A stretch of 64,000 nt of DNA, from positions 186,001 through 250,000 of the IMG/VR virus record IMGVR_UViG_3300043410_001892; one strand, given 5' to 3'. The position numbers and the translations under genes were made by a program. The notes under the pieces were generated by a model. That model made no database searches and had not been told where the DNA came from. It saw only the letters and a program-made list of their open reading frames with translations. This document shows, in pieces, positions 7,425-17,172 of this stretch. Position 1 is the stretch's first letter. Each line of letters opens with the position of its first letter.

Positions 7425-10085
7425 TTAATCAAAGTCAAAAAATAAGTTAGATAAGTTTGTTTCAGAAGTTTCAATTAGTTTCCAGTTTAGTATACCAATT
7501 AAGTTGTCTAATTTATTATCAATGATAGTTTTTTCCATTTCTCTATGATCAAATGGTAGATCTTTAAACCATTGTGGTAATCTTAGTTCATCTACCGGGT
7601 ATGCAACACTTACATAACCTAATGGATTGGGTTTAAGTTTACATACAATTACTTTTGCACCATCAGTAATGCTCATAGAATACTTGTCACCGTTCATACG
7701 TTTTAAAGAATTCCAGTTTGCACTTGCTCTAACATGCCCAGGCATATTAACTTTACCAATTTTTGCCTCTTTTTCAGTATATGAAGTAATGCTGTTAGCT
7801 CGTTTAGGTGATCCTTTTTCCCATCCTGGTCTTGATTTAAATAAGGTTCTAAACTCACTAATAAAGTTTAGCACAGATTGTTCTGATTCACCGTCTAGCA
7901 CCTTAGTTAGTATATCAGATAAGAAGTCTTGGATAAATTCTGGAGTATCACTACGCTTTAAATCTAAACCCATAGCTTTAATTTCACCAGTTTTACCATG
8001 TGTATCCTTACGTTTACCTTCTTTGTCGTATACTAATACTGCATATCGCTTTTTAGTAATAAACAATGATTTACTTCCTACGATCTCACGACCAGCTTTA
8101 ATTACTTCACCGCGTGTTTTAGGACAATGAAATGCATCTAACATAAATTGTTGGAATGTATTATTCACTTGATCACTGATTTGATCATACAACTGTACAA
8201 TAGTTTCTTTAGTCCATGGAATAGTTCCAGCATCAATATCTTTTTTCAATGTATTATATGCTGAAAAGTAACAAGAGTCAGTATCACCATATATAATAGC
8301 TTTGCCTAAATGATTATATTCACCTGTAATAATTTCATTTACCTTTGCAGCCATATGTTTAGCTACTTGTCTACCAGTTAGTGTAGTAGATTGACCAATA
8401 CGCTTATCAAAGAATCTACAACCTGGATTAAGAATTGCACCGTATAAACTATTTAGGTTAATCTTCTTAACTAGTTGTCGTTTATCCCAGTATTCTTCTT
8501 CAATTTTATTACCAGAAGCAATGGCTTCTTTCAGTTTCTTCTGCATATCTTTACGTTCTGAATACCAACGTTTAAGTAGACCTGAAATAACACCTTCTTT
8601 TTCGTATGTAAATATAGTTCCATTGGCTGACATGACCCATGGTTGATTACTTTCAAACACTAGTCTATATACTTCTGCAGCACTCAATACATTACTATCG
8701 CCGTTTTCCCAGTCAACTACGATATCAGTACCTATTTCTTCATTCATTACTGAAGTATATTCAAGTGTACCAAATAATCCTTCCCATGCAGCAGCAAATG
8801 ATTTACCTTTAGCTATTTGTAAGCTAATATATTCGTCAGTTGCTATTGGTCTTAATTGTCCTACAATAGTTTCCGGACCCATATTTAATGCTCTAATAAC
8901 ACTAGGATATAGTGAATTGATATCAAGTGATCCAACCCAATCGTGAATACCTTCTTTTGGATATGCAACATACGCACCGGCAGCTTGAACTGCATCTTCT
9001 CTGCGTCTATTTGGAACAACAAAACCTCTATTATGTGCTTCGTTGATAATAGCTTGCTCTGTTACTGCAACTGCGCCCATGGTTGTTTGTAATAATACAG
9101 TATTTTCATGTGCAACAGTATTAGCCAAATCGATAAACTTTAGTTTTTTATCAAGACGATCTAATAGCATAGTATCTTGTCTGTTATATTCAATGAATGT
9201 TTTAAAATCATTGTTGTATAACTGATCAAGTGTACCTTCGTATTGTGTTTTTCTATCACCTAACTCGTATTCTGCAATAGCATCGAGTCTAAAACTATGT
9301 CGTTCTTCATATGTGTACTTTTGATATAGTTGTAAACTATCTAAATGGATACGTCCAATAAGATCATATGTTACTGCAGTTTTGCCATAGCGTTCATATT
9401 CACGTCTTTTTGGAAATTGATCAAATAAACAGAATCTGCGGGTATCATCTTTTGATAATACTTTAGTAACACGATTTACTGTATATGGAATATCAAACCC
9501 TTCGCTATTCCAACCACTTAAAATGTCAGCATCATCGATTAGTGTAAGAAACGTATCTAATAATTCTGCTTCAGTTTTAAATAAAAAAGTATTTGGGAAC
9601 TCTTTTACTTGTTCAGTGGCTTCCTCCATGGTTAATGTCTTAGGAGGAATAGCTAAACAGATAAGAGTTTCCAACCATTGTAAGTGTACAGCAATTGAAG
9701 TGATTGGCATAAATGCATCATCAGGTGTTGCATAGCCACGTTCTGGGTCAAAATCAACCTCGATATCAAAAAACGCAACATTTAACTTAGGTGCGTCATG
9801 ATTGAGGTAATTTTCAGATAAATGTGTGAAAATTGGATTGATATCAGCTTCAAACGTTTTTGAATTTGCGTGTATAGAAAGTTCTTTTCTATACTCTTTT
9901 GTATTTTTACAGACAATACGTGATACTGGATCACCGTAAATTGATTGATATCTACCTTTTGGGTCTTTATAATATAATGTGTGTTTAACAGGTGAATCTT
10001 TAAACTCTCTTTCACCTTTTTCATTTCTTTCTACAATTTTAATGACATCGTTACTTCTATCAAAGTATGCATCTACATAACTCAT
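7425..10085 (-). CDS. family B DNA polymerase with a 3'-5' exonuclease domain (gp43-like)
   Basis: Exo FDIEV, GWNSEGFDIPY, YNRQD; polymerase DINSLYPS, KINLNSLYG, YGDTDS, KKRY. Confidence 0.97.
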   Translation of the reverse strand: MSYVDAYFDRSNDVIKIVERNEKGEREFKDSPVKHTLYYKDPKGRYQSIYGDPVSRIVCKNTKEYRKELSIHANSKTFEADINPIFTHLSENYLNHDAPKLNVAFFDIEVDFDPERGYATPDDAFMPITSIAVHLQWLETLICLAIPPKTLTMEEATEQVKEFPNTFLFKTEAELLDTFLTLIDDADILSGWNSEGFDIPYTVNRVTKVLSKDDTRRFCLFDQFPKRREYERYGKTAVTYDLIGRIHLDSLQLYQKYTYEERHSFRLDAIAEYELGDRKTQYEGTLDQLYNNDFKTFIEYNRQDTMLLDRLDKKLKFIDLANTVAHENTVLLQTTMGAVAVTEQAIINEAHNRGFVVPNRRREDAVQAAGAYVAYPKEGIHDWVGSLDINSLYPSVIRALNMGPETIVGQLRPIATDEYISLQIAKGKSFAAAWEGLFGTLEYTSVMNEEIGTDIVVDWENGDSNVLSAAEVYRLVFESNQPWVMSANGTIFTYEKEGVISGLLKRWYSERKDMQKKLKEAIASGNKIEEEYWDKRQLVKKINLNSLYGAILNPGCRFFDKRIGQSTTLTGRQVAKHMAAKVNEIITGEYNHLGKAIIYGDTDSCYFSAYNTLKKDIDAGTIPWTKETIVQLYDQISDQVNNTFQQFMLDAFHCPKTRGEVIKAGREIVGSKSLFITKKRYAVLVYDKEGKRKDTHGKTGEIKAMGLDLKRSDTPEFIQDFLSDILTKVLDGESEQSVLNFISEFRTLFKSRPGWEKGSPKRANSITSYTEKEAKIGKVNMPGHVRASANWNSLKRMNGDKYSMSITDGAKVIVCKLKPNPLGYVSVAYPVDELRLPQWFKDLPFDHREMEKTIIDNKLDNLIGILNWKLIETSETNLSNLFFDFD

Positions 10086-10273
10086 GCTGCACCTCCGTTA
10101 CGATTAATATCGCGGTTTGTTGCATGATTGTTAATCCATGTCATAAATGATTCTTCGTCACGTATTTTAGCAACTTCTTCATGTGCGTGTACAACGATGC
10201 TGCATTCACATCTTGATGAGCATATTTCTGGACGGATACAATCCGCACAGGTACTAAATTTAAAGTCTTCCAT
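10082..10273 (-). CDS. small Cys-rich hypothetical protein
   Basis: CADC..C...C.C; ATGA overlap with polB. Confidence 0.5.
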   Translation of the reverse strand: MEDFKFSTCADCIRPEICSSRCECSIVVHAHEEVAKIRDEESFMTWINNHATNRDINRNGGAA

Positions 10274-10359
10274 ATTGTAAATCTCTGTGTATGTGATTTG
10301 TGGCTCACAAATACCCTTTTGCAGCTTATGGCCTGCCTACCATGTTCTATAATTTTTAT

Positions 10360-10614
10360 TTAGATTTTTTTAGTAACGTCTAAGATTGCTTCAATTTCTT
10401 CCCAATCTTCGTTATGATCTGCCCAGTTACCTTTATGTGCAATTTTAATAGCTTTATTGATAACTGCTGGTTTGATTTGTAACTCTTCTGCTACTGCTTT
10501 TACAGTATCTTTTAAGCCAGTTTGTAAATCTTCAACTTCTCTTAATACTAATGAACCTTCATTGATTAGTTTTTCAAGTTTAGATTTTTCTTCTGGACCG
10601 TATGCTCTACTCAT
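10360..10614 (-). CDS. small dsDNA-binding/transcription regulator (T4 DsbA-like)
   Basis: 84 aa helical protein, LKDTVKAVAEELQIKPAVINKAIKIAHK; own promoter and AGGAG RBS. Confidence 0.45.
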   Translation of the reverse strand: MSRAYGPEEKSKLEKLINEGSLVLREVEDLQTGLKDTVKAVAEELQIKPAVINKAIKIAHKGNWADHNEDWEEIEAILDVTKKI

Positions 10615-10644
10615 TGTTTTCTCCTTTGTTTAAATTATGTATAT

Positions 10645-10673
10645 ATTATAGTATCAGTTGTTCGTATTGTCAA
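10645..10673 (-). promoter_or_regulatory. consensus sigma70-type promoter for the polymerase operon
   Basis: TTGACA-N17-TATAAT. Confidence 0.8.
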
Positions 10674-10684
10674 CTACTAATTAT

Positions 10685-10712
10685 AAAAAAAGGCAGTTTA
10701 ACCTGCCTTTTT
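10685..10712 (-). terminator. intrinsic terminator
   Basis: AGGCAG-6nt loop-CTGCCT flanked by A and T tracts, immediately after the stop at 10715. Confidence 0.75.
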
Positions 10713-10714
10713 AT

Positions 10715-11662
10715 TTAATAGTTTCTTAATTCATTTGCCGTTTCTGGATCTTTTTCCATTTCTTGTTTAAGTGAATTTAATTGCTGTAATAAATTACGAA
10801 TTTCTTCAACATCTGTTTGAGCCGGCGGAGGCGTAACTGGTGCAGCTGGCGGAGGTGTTCCCTGTGAAGCTGGCGGTGTTACTTGGTCTGCAGGTTTAGC
10901 ACCTTGCCCTTTAGGCGGTTGATTATTTAACCCCCCTTGAATCTGATCAGTTCTGAGCGCATTACTGTCTGGTTGATCTTTTTCTTTTTTAGGATCTGGT
11001 TCAACTTTTGGAGTTACTGGTTCAACTTTTGGAGTTACTGGTTTAACTTTTGGAGTTACTGGTTCAACTTTAGCAGCAGTTAATTCGTCAAACTTAGATT
11101 GAAATGCTGGAGTCCAAATACCATCTTCAGGTATTCCTGCATTATATTTAAGATTCAAAAGATGTTGTAACGCTTGAATACTACCGTCTGGTTTTGGTTT
11201 TGTCTTTTCATCTTTGTTTGGTTTTTCATTATTAGTTGGCTTTTCATTATTGTCTGTCTTAACTTTTCCTGTAAGTGCATCAAAATAATCTTTAGCCAGC
11301 CATCCGCTGCCAACTAATCCAGCAGCACCTATTCCTTTGCCAAGTGTTTGTCCAGTTTTGTTTACTGCAACATCTTCAGGTGATGGAACATCCCATGTTT
11401 TATGAGCAGCAGTTACTTTACCACTTGGATCTTTAACTTTTGGAACTTTGATAGTTTTTCCAAGTGCTGATTGTTGTCCAAGACCTCTAATTAAGTTCCA
11501 AAATGGTCGATCAGCACCTTCAGACAAATATTCATTCTCAACTGTATTCATATGTTCTTGCAACAAAGATACAGGTGATTGAATTGGTTGTTCTTGATGA
11601 TCAATTGCATCTAATTTTTGTCGTAAATTAGACATTGATTCCGCTATAGTAACTTGTTTCAT
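10715..11662 (-). CDS. putative virion internal protein with a peptidoglycan-binding-like motif and Pro-rich repeats
   Basis: IQALQHLLN...IPEDGIW; Gly/Ala hydrophobic segment; KVEPVTP repeats. Confidence 0.5.
   Translation of the reverse strand: MKQVTIAESMSNLRQKLDAIDHQEQPIQSPVSLLQEHMNTVENEYLSEGADRPFWNLIRGLGQQSALGKTIKVPKVKDPSGKVTAAHKTWDVPSPEDVAVNKTGQTLGKGIGAAGLVGSGWLAKDYFDALTGKVKTDNNEKPTNNEKPNKDEKTKPKPDGSIQALQHLLNLKYNAGIPEDGIWTPAFQSKFDELTAAKVEPVTPKVKPVTPKVEPVTPKVEPDPKKEKDQPDSNALRTDQIQGGLNNQPPKGQGAKPADQVTPPASQGTPPPAAPVTPPPAQTDVEEIRNLLQQLNSLKQEMEKDPETANELRNY
10998..11071. repeat. 21-bp tandem repeat x3.5 (encodes KV[E/K]PVTP)
   Basis: unit ggttcaacttttggagttact seen directly. Confidence 0.9.
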
Positions 11663-12837
11663 TATTTTTGTGCTCCGTATTTTTGTAAGATATGTTGTCT
11701 AATTGCTTGTACTGTCTGCTCATTAAACTCACCATCTTCCGGAATTTGATCACCGTACTGTTGATTTATCGCAGATTGGAACATTTGAACTTCTTGAGAT
11801 GCTTGTTCAAGGTTTGAAGGTTGTGCATCTGCGCCAATTTCTGGGGTTTCAACACCGTATCCGCCACGCAATGCTGCTTGTCCGCCGTATGCTGCTGCAC
11901 CGGCTGCTATTCCTTTTCCTAATCCTAAAAACTTACCAGGTCCTACGATTGAACCAGCTACATTTCCGCCTGTGTATGCTCTGGGATAATTTTTATCAGC
12001 ATTTTGAAAACGAGCTATTTCTGCAGGAACTTCATCTTTATACGATGTTCCTTTTACAAGTGATTTTACACCTGCGTTAATATCTGGACCTAATCCAAAC
12101 GTTGCACCATTATACGCACCAAGTCCGGCTGCCTTAGCAGCTTCCCAATCAAAGTCTTCATTCATACTAAGTACAATTGATTCTGCTAATGACGGTACAT
12201 TTGGAGTAATTTTATTTTTTGCTATATTGTTCATTGAATCTGATCCTAAACTTGGTGGCGGAGCCGGAGGAGCCGGAGGAGTTGAATAATTGTTAGGTGT
12301 ATCTTGTCGACCATATACTGGTGCTTTATGAGCATCATAGTCTTGAAGAAAACTTAACGCCTCAGGCGGTAATTGAACTCCACGTTGTTGTAGATTAAGG
12401 ATCTTATCTCTAATAGCTCTTTTTAATCTTACATATTCAGCTAGTCGATGCGTTCTTAAGTTTTGTTTCTCAGCTGCGGCTTGGCTTTGTGTAGTTAAAT
12501 GAGCACCTGCAGCTTTATATACTCTATCATCATCAAACCAACCAGCTTGTGGTAGTTTAGCGTTTGGAGGAAGTAATCCGGCAGCTGAGAGTTTCTCAGC
12601 TGCTTCAAATGGTACTTCATCTTCATCATCGACATCAGTACTTCCATCGGCTTCGATGTAATTTCCTGTAACAGGATCCACTAGTCCTTCAAACCCATTT
12701 TGTTTAGCTAATTTTGCTATTATTGGATATCGTATACTATTGTCTTGTTCGTAGCCTGAGATATAGGCAACTAATGATGAAAGTGTTAAACCTTCAGATA
12801 ACACGTCTAACTTGTTTAATAAATTTCTAAAATCCAT
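11662..12837 (-). CDS. putative virion internal protein with a C-terminal peptidoglycan-binding-like motif
   Basis: likely start MDFRNLL; VQMFQSAIN...IPEDGEFNEQTVQAIR; Gly/Ala-rich segments. Confidence 0.5.
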   Translation of the reverse strand: MDFRNLLNKLDVLSEGLTLSSLVAYISGYEQDNSIRYPIIAKLAKQNGFEGLVDPVTGNYIEADGSTDVDDEDEVPFEAAEKLSAAGLLPPNAKLPQAGWFDDDRVYKAAGAHLTTQSQAAAEKQNLRTHRLAEYVRLKRAIRDKILNLQQRGVQLPPEALSFLQDYDAHKAPVYGRQDTPNNYSTPPAPPAPPPSLGSDSMNNIAKNKITPNVPSLAESIVLSMNEDFDWEAAKAAGLGAYNGATFGLGPDINAGVKSLVKGTSYKDEVPAEIARFQNADKNYPRAYTGGNVAGSIVGPGKFLGLGKGIAAGAAAYGGQAALRGGYGVETPEIGADAQPSNLEQASQEVQMFQSAINQQYGDQIPEDGEFNEQTVQAIRQHILQKYGAQK

Positions 12838-13378
12838 TATCTTTTCCTTGACGTGGGGCACCAACTATTCTGTCATATTGGTGCATACTTAAAACTTTTC
12901 CAGTTGAACTTAACTTAATCAATCTTTCAGTAACATCGTGTAAGTCCATATCTGTTTGAGCATCTTCTCTTGCATACTCTAATAATCGAATTAGTAATGG
13001 TATATCCATTTTAACAATATCTGTTGGATTTTCTGTAGATTCAGTCGGTACAGCACTGTAACCAGGTATAGCATCTTCCATTACTTTAGCTGCAATCATT
13101 TGAGCATAACTTTTGAGTTCTGCTTTTTGAGCAAAAACTTGTTCTTCTTGTTCAGCAGATGCCTCAGCCATGTATTTTTTAAATAATGATGGCTTTGATG
13201 GTTTCTTTTCAATTGGTTCAGCATAGTGCTGCATTGCCATTTGTACAGGCAATGCAACTTTATGCGGATTTGAACCTTCTGTAATGATAGACATGAATTT
13301 CTTCATATCGTTAGTATTTTCTACAGGAACAGACTCTTTAACTGAGTCCATTGCTTGTAGAATCTTTTTCATATCCAT
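12827..13378 (-). CDS. putative internal head protein
   Basis: multiple (I/L/V/M)xE motifs; TAATG coupling with the upstream gene. Confidence 0.5.
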   Translation of the reverse strand: MDMKKILQAMDSVKESVPVENTNDMKKFMSIITEGSNPHKVALPVQMAMQHYAEPIEKKPSKPSLFKKYMAEASAEQEEQVFAQKAELKSYAQMIAAKVMEDAIPGYSAVPTESTENPTDIVKMDIPLLIRLLEYAREDAQTDMDLHDVTERLIKLSSTGKVLSMHQYDRIVGAPRQGKDNGF

Positions 13379-15108
13379 TATTTAATAACTCGTTCAGTGA
13401 TCATTTTTAAACGATCTAATTCAGTTGATTCTTTATATGCACCGTAACCCATTCCTTGATTTAAGCCTTGAGTATATTTTTGTAATTCTTCTGGATGTTG
13501 TGAATAGTACAATCTACGTGCTGCATAATCTTGTTCTTTAGCAGCATTATCTGCATCTTTTTGTGCCATTCTAGCATCAAATTGAGCTGAATGTTTATTG
13601 GCCATTTGATCAAAATTATCACTTTTGTTATCAAACCATTGTTGGGCACGTTCGTGATCTCGATCCATTTGTGCCCATTGTCTTTCATCAGCACCTGGTC
13701 CAAATAATCCTGGCATTCTTTGTTGCGCACGTTTCCAATCTGCATCTGAAATTGGTTTTCCACCTTGTGACATTGGCTCTTGTGACATTGGCTCAAATTG
13801 TGCGTTTTGTTTTTCTTGAGCGGCATATTCTTCAGGTGAAATATCATAACCCATGTCATCTTTGAATTCATTCAATCCGCTATTTCTCATAATTGCATTA
13901 ATTTCTGCTGACTCAGTTTTAGATTTTTTAATAGCGTTATCTACTGCACCTCTATGTTCTTCTGGACCAGTTTCAAGTTTACCATCCTCGTCATAATCTT
14001 TGTCAGCTGTTTTTGCAGCTTTCTTTTCTTCTAAATAAGAAACAGATTCTTTAATATTTTTCCACATTGCAGCAGCGGCGATTTTTTTACCTTTTTCGCC
14101 GCCACCTGCTTTGGCTGCAACTTTATCAAAGTTTTTGCCTGGTTTACCGATGTCTTTGCCTGCTTTTGCGTCTTTAGCTACTTTTGATCTTTCTTTAGAG
14201 GTAAGATGACCGCCAGGTTTTTTTTTACCTTCGTAAAATGACTCATCAGTTTTTGTTTCTTTTTTAGCGTAAGGATTGCCAGTATCTTGACTGTTTACAC
14301 TTGATTTAGGTTTTTCTTTTTTTTCACCTGAATCTTTTTTAGGTTCTGATTTAGAACTAGAATCTTTTTTTGGTTGTGTTTTTTTAGCAGGTTGTTTTGG
14401 TGCAGATGATTCTGCAGATTTACTTCCTGGACGTTTAGGCTGTTCTTTTTTGGTGATAATTTCATCATCCATTGCGTTGCCTTTTAAGTTTTCTTCATCA
14501 TCTGGAATGCCGTTGTGGTTAGCATCAACTTTTGATTGAACAAAGTTACGTAAGATTCTATGTTTGTTTACTAATTTTTTAGTACTAGCTGGAAGTTGTT
14601 TCTCTACCATACCGGATCCACCACATTCTCCGCATGTATGCATAACACCTTCTTTAACTGCTTTTGGTTTTTCAAGTTTATCGGCTTGATCAATTTTAAG
14701 GGCTGCAAGTGTTTTTCTTGCTTCCATTAAAGCTTTTTTCATTTGTCTTTTTTCACTTTCTGAGTACATATCGCTTTTCTCTATCTTATCGCCGTATTCG
14801 CTGAACTTCATTTCGTATTCTAAATAATGATAAACTGAAGAAATATAATCTGCAGCTTTGGTAATTTTAGCTTGAACCCAAGATTCAAACTGATCATTAT
14901 CTTCAATTTTCTTAAATAATTTAACACTGTATTTTGCCAACTTAAACAAGTCAGCTTTAACCATTGCACCTTCATCATCACTTTCGATGTTATGATCTTT
15001 ATGATCAATTTCTTTATGTGAAATATCAACACTTGGTGCAGGTAAATCGAATTTAGGCAAATCTAGTTCAAGACCTGCAAATTCTGAAAGTTTTTTTCTA
15101 TGTTTCAT
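13378..15108 (-). CDS. highly charged, modular putative internal head protein
   Basis: likely start MKHRKK at 15108 (GGAG RBS, upstream CTAAATA); WVQAKITKAADY domain, CGECGG motif, DxDxDG-like motifs. Confidence 0.55.
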   Translation of the reverse strand: MKHRKKLSEFAGLELDLPKFDLPAPSVDISHKEIDHKDHNIESDDEGAMVKADLFKLAKYSVKLFKKIEDNDQFESWVQAKITKAADYISSVYHYLEYEMKFSEYGDKIEKSDMYSESEKRQMKKALMEARKTLAALKIDQADKLEKPKAVKEGVMHTCGECGGSGMVEKQLPASTKKLVNKHRILRNFVQSKVDANHNGIPDDEENLKGNAMDDEIITKKEQPKRPGSKSAESSAPKQPAKKTQPKKDSSSKSEPKKDSGEKKEKPKSSVNSQDTGNPYAKKETKTDESFYEGKKKPGGHLTSKERSKVAKDAKAGKDIGKPGKNFDKVAAKAGGGEKGKKIAAAAMWKNIKESVSYLEEKKAAKTADKDYDEDGKLETGPEEHRGAVDNAIKKSKTESAEINAIMRNSGLNEFKDDMGYDISPEEYAAQEKQNAQFEPMSQEPMSQGGKPISDADWKRAQQRMPGLFGPGADERQWAQMDRDHERAQQWFDNKSDNFDQMANKHSAQFDARMAQKDADNAAKEQDYAARRLYYSQHPEELQKYTQGLNQGMGYGAYKESTELDRLKMITERVIK

Positions 15109-15130
15109 GATAAACTCCGTTATAGTATAT

Positions 15131-16498
15131 TTAGCTTCTTTTAATGGTTCCACCGGTAAATAAGTCTCCGCCTTCCATTTGTGCGCCAAATAAATTACCT
15201 TTTTTTCCTTTTATATCTAAAGCATTAACTGCAGTACCGTCTTTCTTTTTTGGTTGTAGAGTTTTAGTTTGAATTACCTTTGTACCGCTCTTACCAGGTG
15301 ATCCGCTGTATGCTTTCATTTTTCTATTTTTTCCAAGACTACCTACTGGATTTTCAACTGAACCAATATTTGCTGCAGTTGTATCACTTGCTGATTCAGC
15401 AAGTGGTAGTTTTGCATTGCATTGATCAAGATGAGTCTTTAATTCAGTATATAATATTTTAATATATCTTTTGTACACTTTTTGATACTGTGGTTTAGGG
15501 TTTTGTCTAAAGAACTGATAATAATGTTCTGTATTGTCGTCCTTAGACATACCAAGATGTCCAGTCTTTGATAATTCATTAAGAATGGCTTGCATATTTG
15601 CAGCATGACTTTTTAAATCACGATATTGACTTTTAGATTTTCTAATAATAGACACTGCAGAGTTATGTGCAAATGCTGGTATTTCTCTTTGATCAGCAAG
15701 ATACAATTCAACTGTTCTTTTATCCATCGGACCGCTTGATACATTAGATTGTGTACCTTGTGCAGTTTCTCCACGCTTTGCTACATAAGATTTAGTTTCA
15801 TGATTTTCAGGATCTTTTTTTATTTGAATTACATGAGTTAGCTCGTGTATTAAAACTGGAGTTAGTGAAGAAGCAATTGTTTCAGCTATGCTGTGACTGA
15901 AATTAGTTGGATCAAATGAATGAATAAATTCATTAAATTGCTCAATATCAGTAACCTGTACTTGTGGCATTTTAACATTTACAAATGGTAGCCCTTTAGT
16001 TAGCAACTTATTTGCAATTGATGTTACAAAATTCAATAACGGAGTTCTAATCAATTTGTAATTAAGAACAACCATTGGTATATTACCAAATAGTTCACCT
16101 GTGTTTTTCTCAGTTGCATACGCAGTTGCTTTCATTTCATCAAACTCTAATATTACCATTAGTTGCATTATATCACTGGTGTGTCTCCCAAATTCTGCAG
16201 ATAGGTTTTCAGCAATGCGCCCAACAGCAGCTTCACATAACAAATAAGCAAACTCTTTATTAGTAATTACTGAATTATTTGATACGGTAATGCCTGCTGG
16301 TATTTTTTTAGTATTGGGATTGTTTGATTGAACTTGAGATCGGGTTGAAGTAATAGTAGTTCCATCAAATTGTATGTTATTTGATAAATCAACTTCGTTA
16401 CCTGCATTATTATTGATTATAGATATAATTGCTGATTTTAATTGATCTGCATGTTGTGATAATGATATAGCTTCTGCTATAATTTCAGAGATTATCAT
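15131..16498 (-). CDS. zincin-like metallopeptidase domain protein, probably virion-packaged
   Basis: LIHELTHVIQ (HEXXH) plus downstream YLADQREIPAF; N-terminus MIISEIIAE. Confidence 0.6.
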   Translation of the reverse strand: MIISEIIAEAISLSQHADQLKSAIISIINNNAGNEVDLSNNIQFDGTTITSTRSQVQSNNPNTKKIPAGITVSNNSVITNKEFAYLLCEAAVGRIAENLSAEFGRHTSDIMQLMVILEFDEMKATAYATEKNTGELFGNIPMVVLNYKLIRTPLLNFVTSIANKLLTKGLPFVNVKMPQVQVTDIEQFNEFIHSFDPTNFSHSIAETIASSLTPVLIHELTHVIQIKKDPENHETKSYVAKRGETAQGTQSNVSSGPMDKRTVELYLADQREIPAFAHNSAVSIIRKSKSQYRDLKSHAANMQAILNELSKTGHLGMSKDDNTEHYYQFFRQNPKPQYQKVYKRYIKILYTELKTHLDQCNAKLPLAESASDTTAANIGSVENPVGSLGKNRKMKAYSGSPGKSGTKVIQTKTLQPKKKDGTAVNALDIKGKKGNLFGAQMEGGDLFTGGTIKRS

Positions 16499-16755
16499 AA
16501 CTTATTACCCCACAATTCAAACCATGCAGGAGTACCAGGTTTGATGTTATTTTCACGCTGATACTTTCCACGCTCGTCGTTTATAAATGATTCTTGTTTT
16601 AGGTTAGCGCGGTATTCGTGTAGTCTTGCTTCAGCACCTAAACCACCTAGATAGCTTGCAATTTTTAATTCTTGTATTGGATCATCGGGCGCGAGAAAAC
16701 AGTCATCAGGACTGTCTTGTATTATGTTTTCTGTTGTTATTCTATACTGTTTCAC
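16495..16755 (-). CDS. hypothetical protein
   Basis: ORF track. Confidence 0.6.
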   Translation of the reverse strand: MKQYRITTENIIQDSPDDCFLAPDDPIQELKIASYLGGLGAEARLHEYRANLKQESFINDERGKYQRENNIKPGTPAWFELWGNKL

Positions 16756-16758
16756 ATT

Positions 16759-17172
16759 TTAAACCCCATATCTGTTTCGTTTTGCAGCAGCAACTGGGCT
16801 AATTTTATGAGTATCGGGCGATTCTGTTGATCTTTTAGATGATCCTACTGACTTTCTGCTAATGCCCATTTGTTTTGCTGCAGCATCGAGCATTTTATCA
16901 TCTTCGTCTGAGAATGAGATTGTAACAAAATCACCACCTAATGATCCTTTATGAGTTACTGCTGCTTTGTTAGGAGCACTTGAGAGCATCACACCGTACT
17001 TGTAAGCACGATATGGGTCGTTATTGTTATTTAATGCAGGATATGCAGTTAAACCAGGAACTGCATCTCTTGCAGATTTATGTAGTTTATTCTCACGAAT
17101 GATAACTTGCATCTCAGCAATGTCACGTTCTAGTTGTTCTATATCTTCTTTTGTAATTTTTTTCATATTCAT
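16759..17172 (-). CDS. hypothetical protein
   Basis: ORF track. Confidence 0.6.
   Translation of the reverse strand: MNMKKITKEDIEQLERDIAEMQVIIRENKLHKSARDAVPGLTAYPALNNNNDPYRAYKYGVMLSSAPNKAAVTHKGSLGGDFVTISFSDEDDKMLDAAAKQMGISRKSVGSSKRSTESPDTHKISPVAAAKRNRYGV

Noticed and set aside
7425-10085. Intein or intron in the DNA polymerase (long spacer between motifs A and B)
   Set aside because: No intein splice-junction or LAGLIDADG motifs are visible and the ORF is continuous at 886 aa.
10998-11071. CRISPR-like array
   Set aside because: The repeats are contiguous, in frame and have no spacers; this is a coding tandem repeat.
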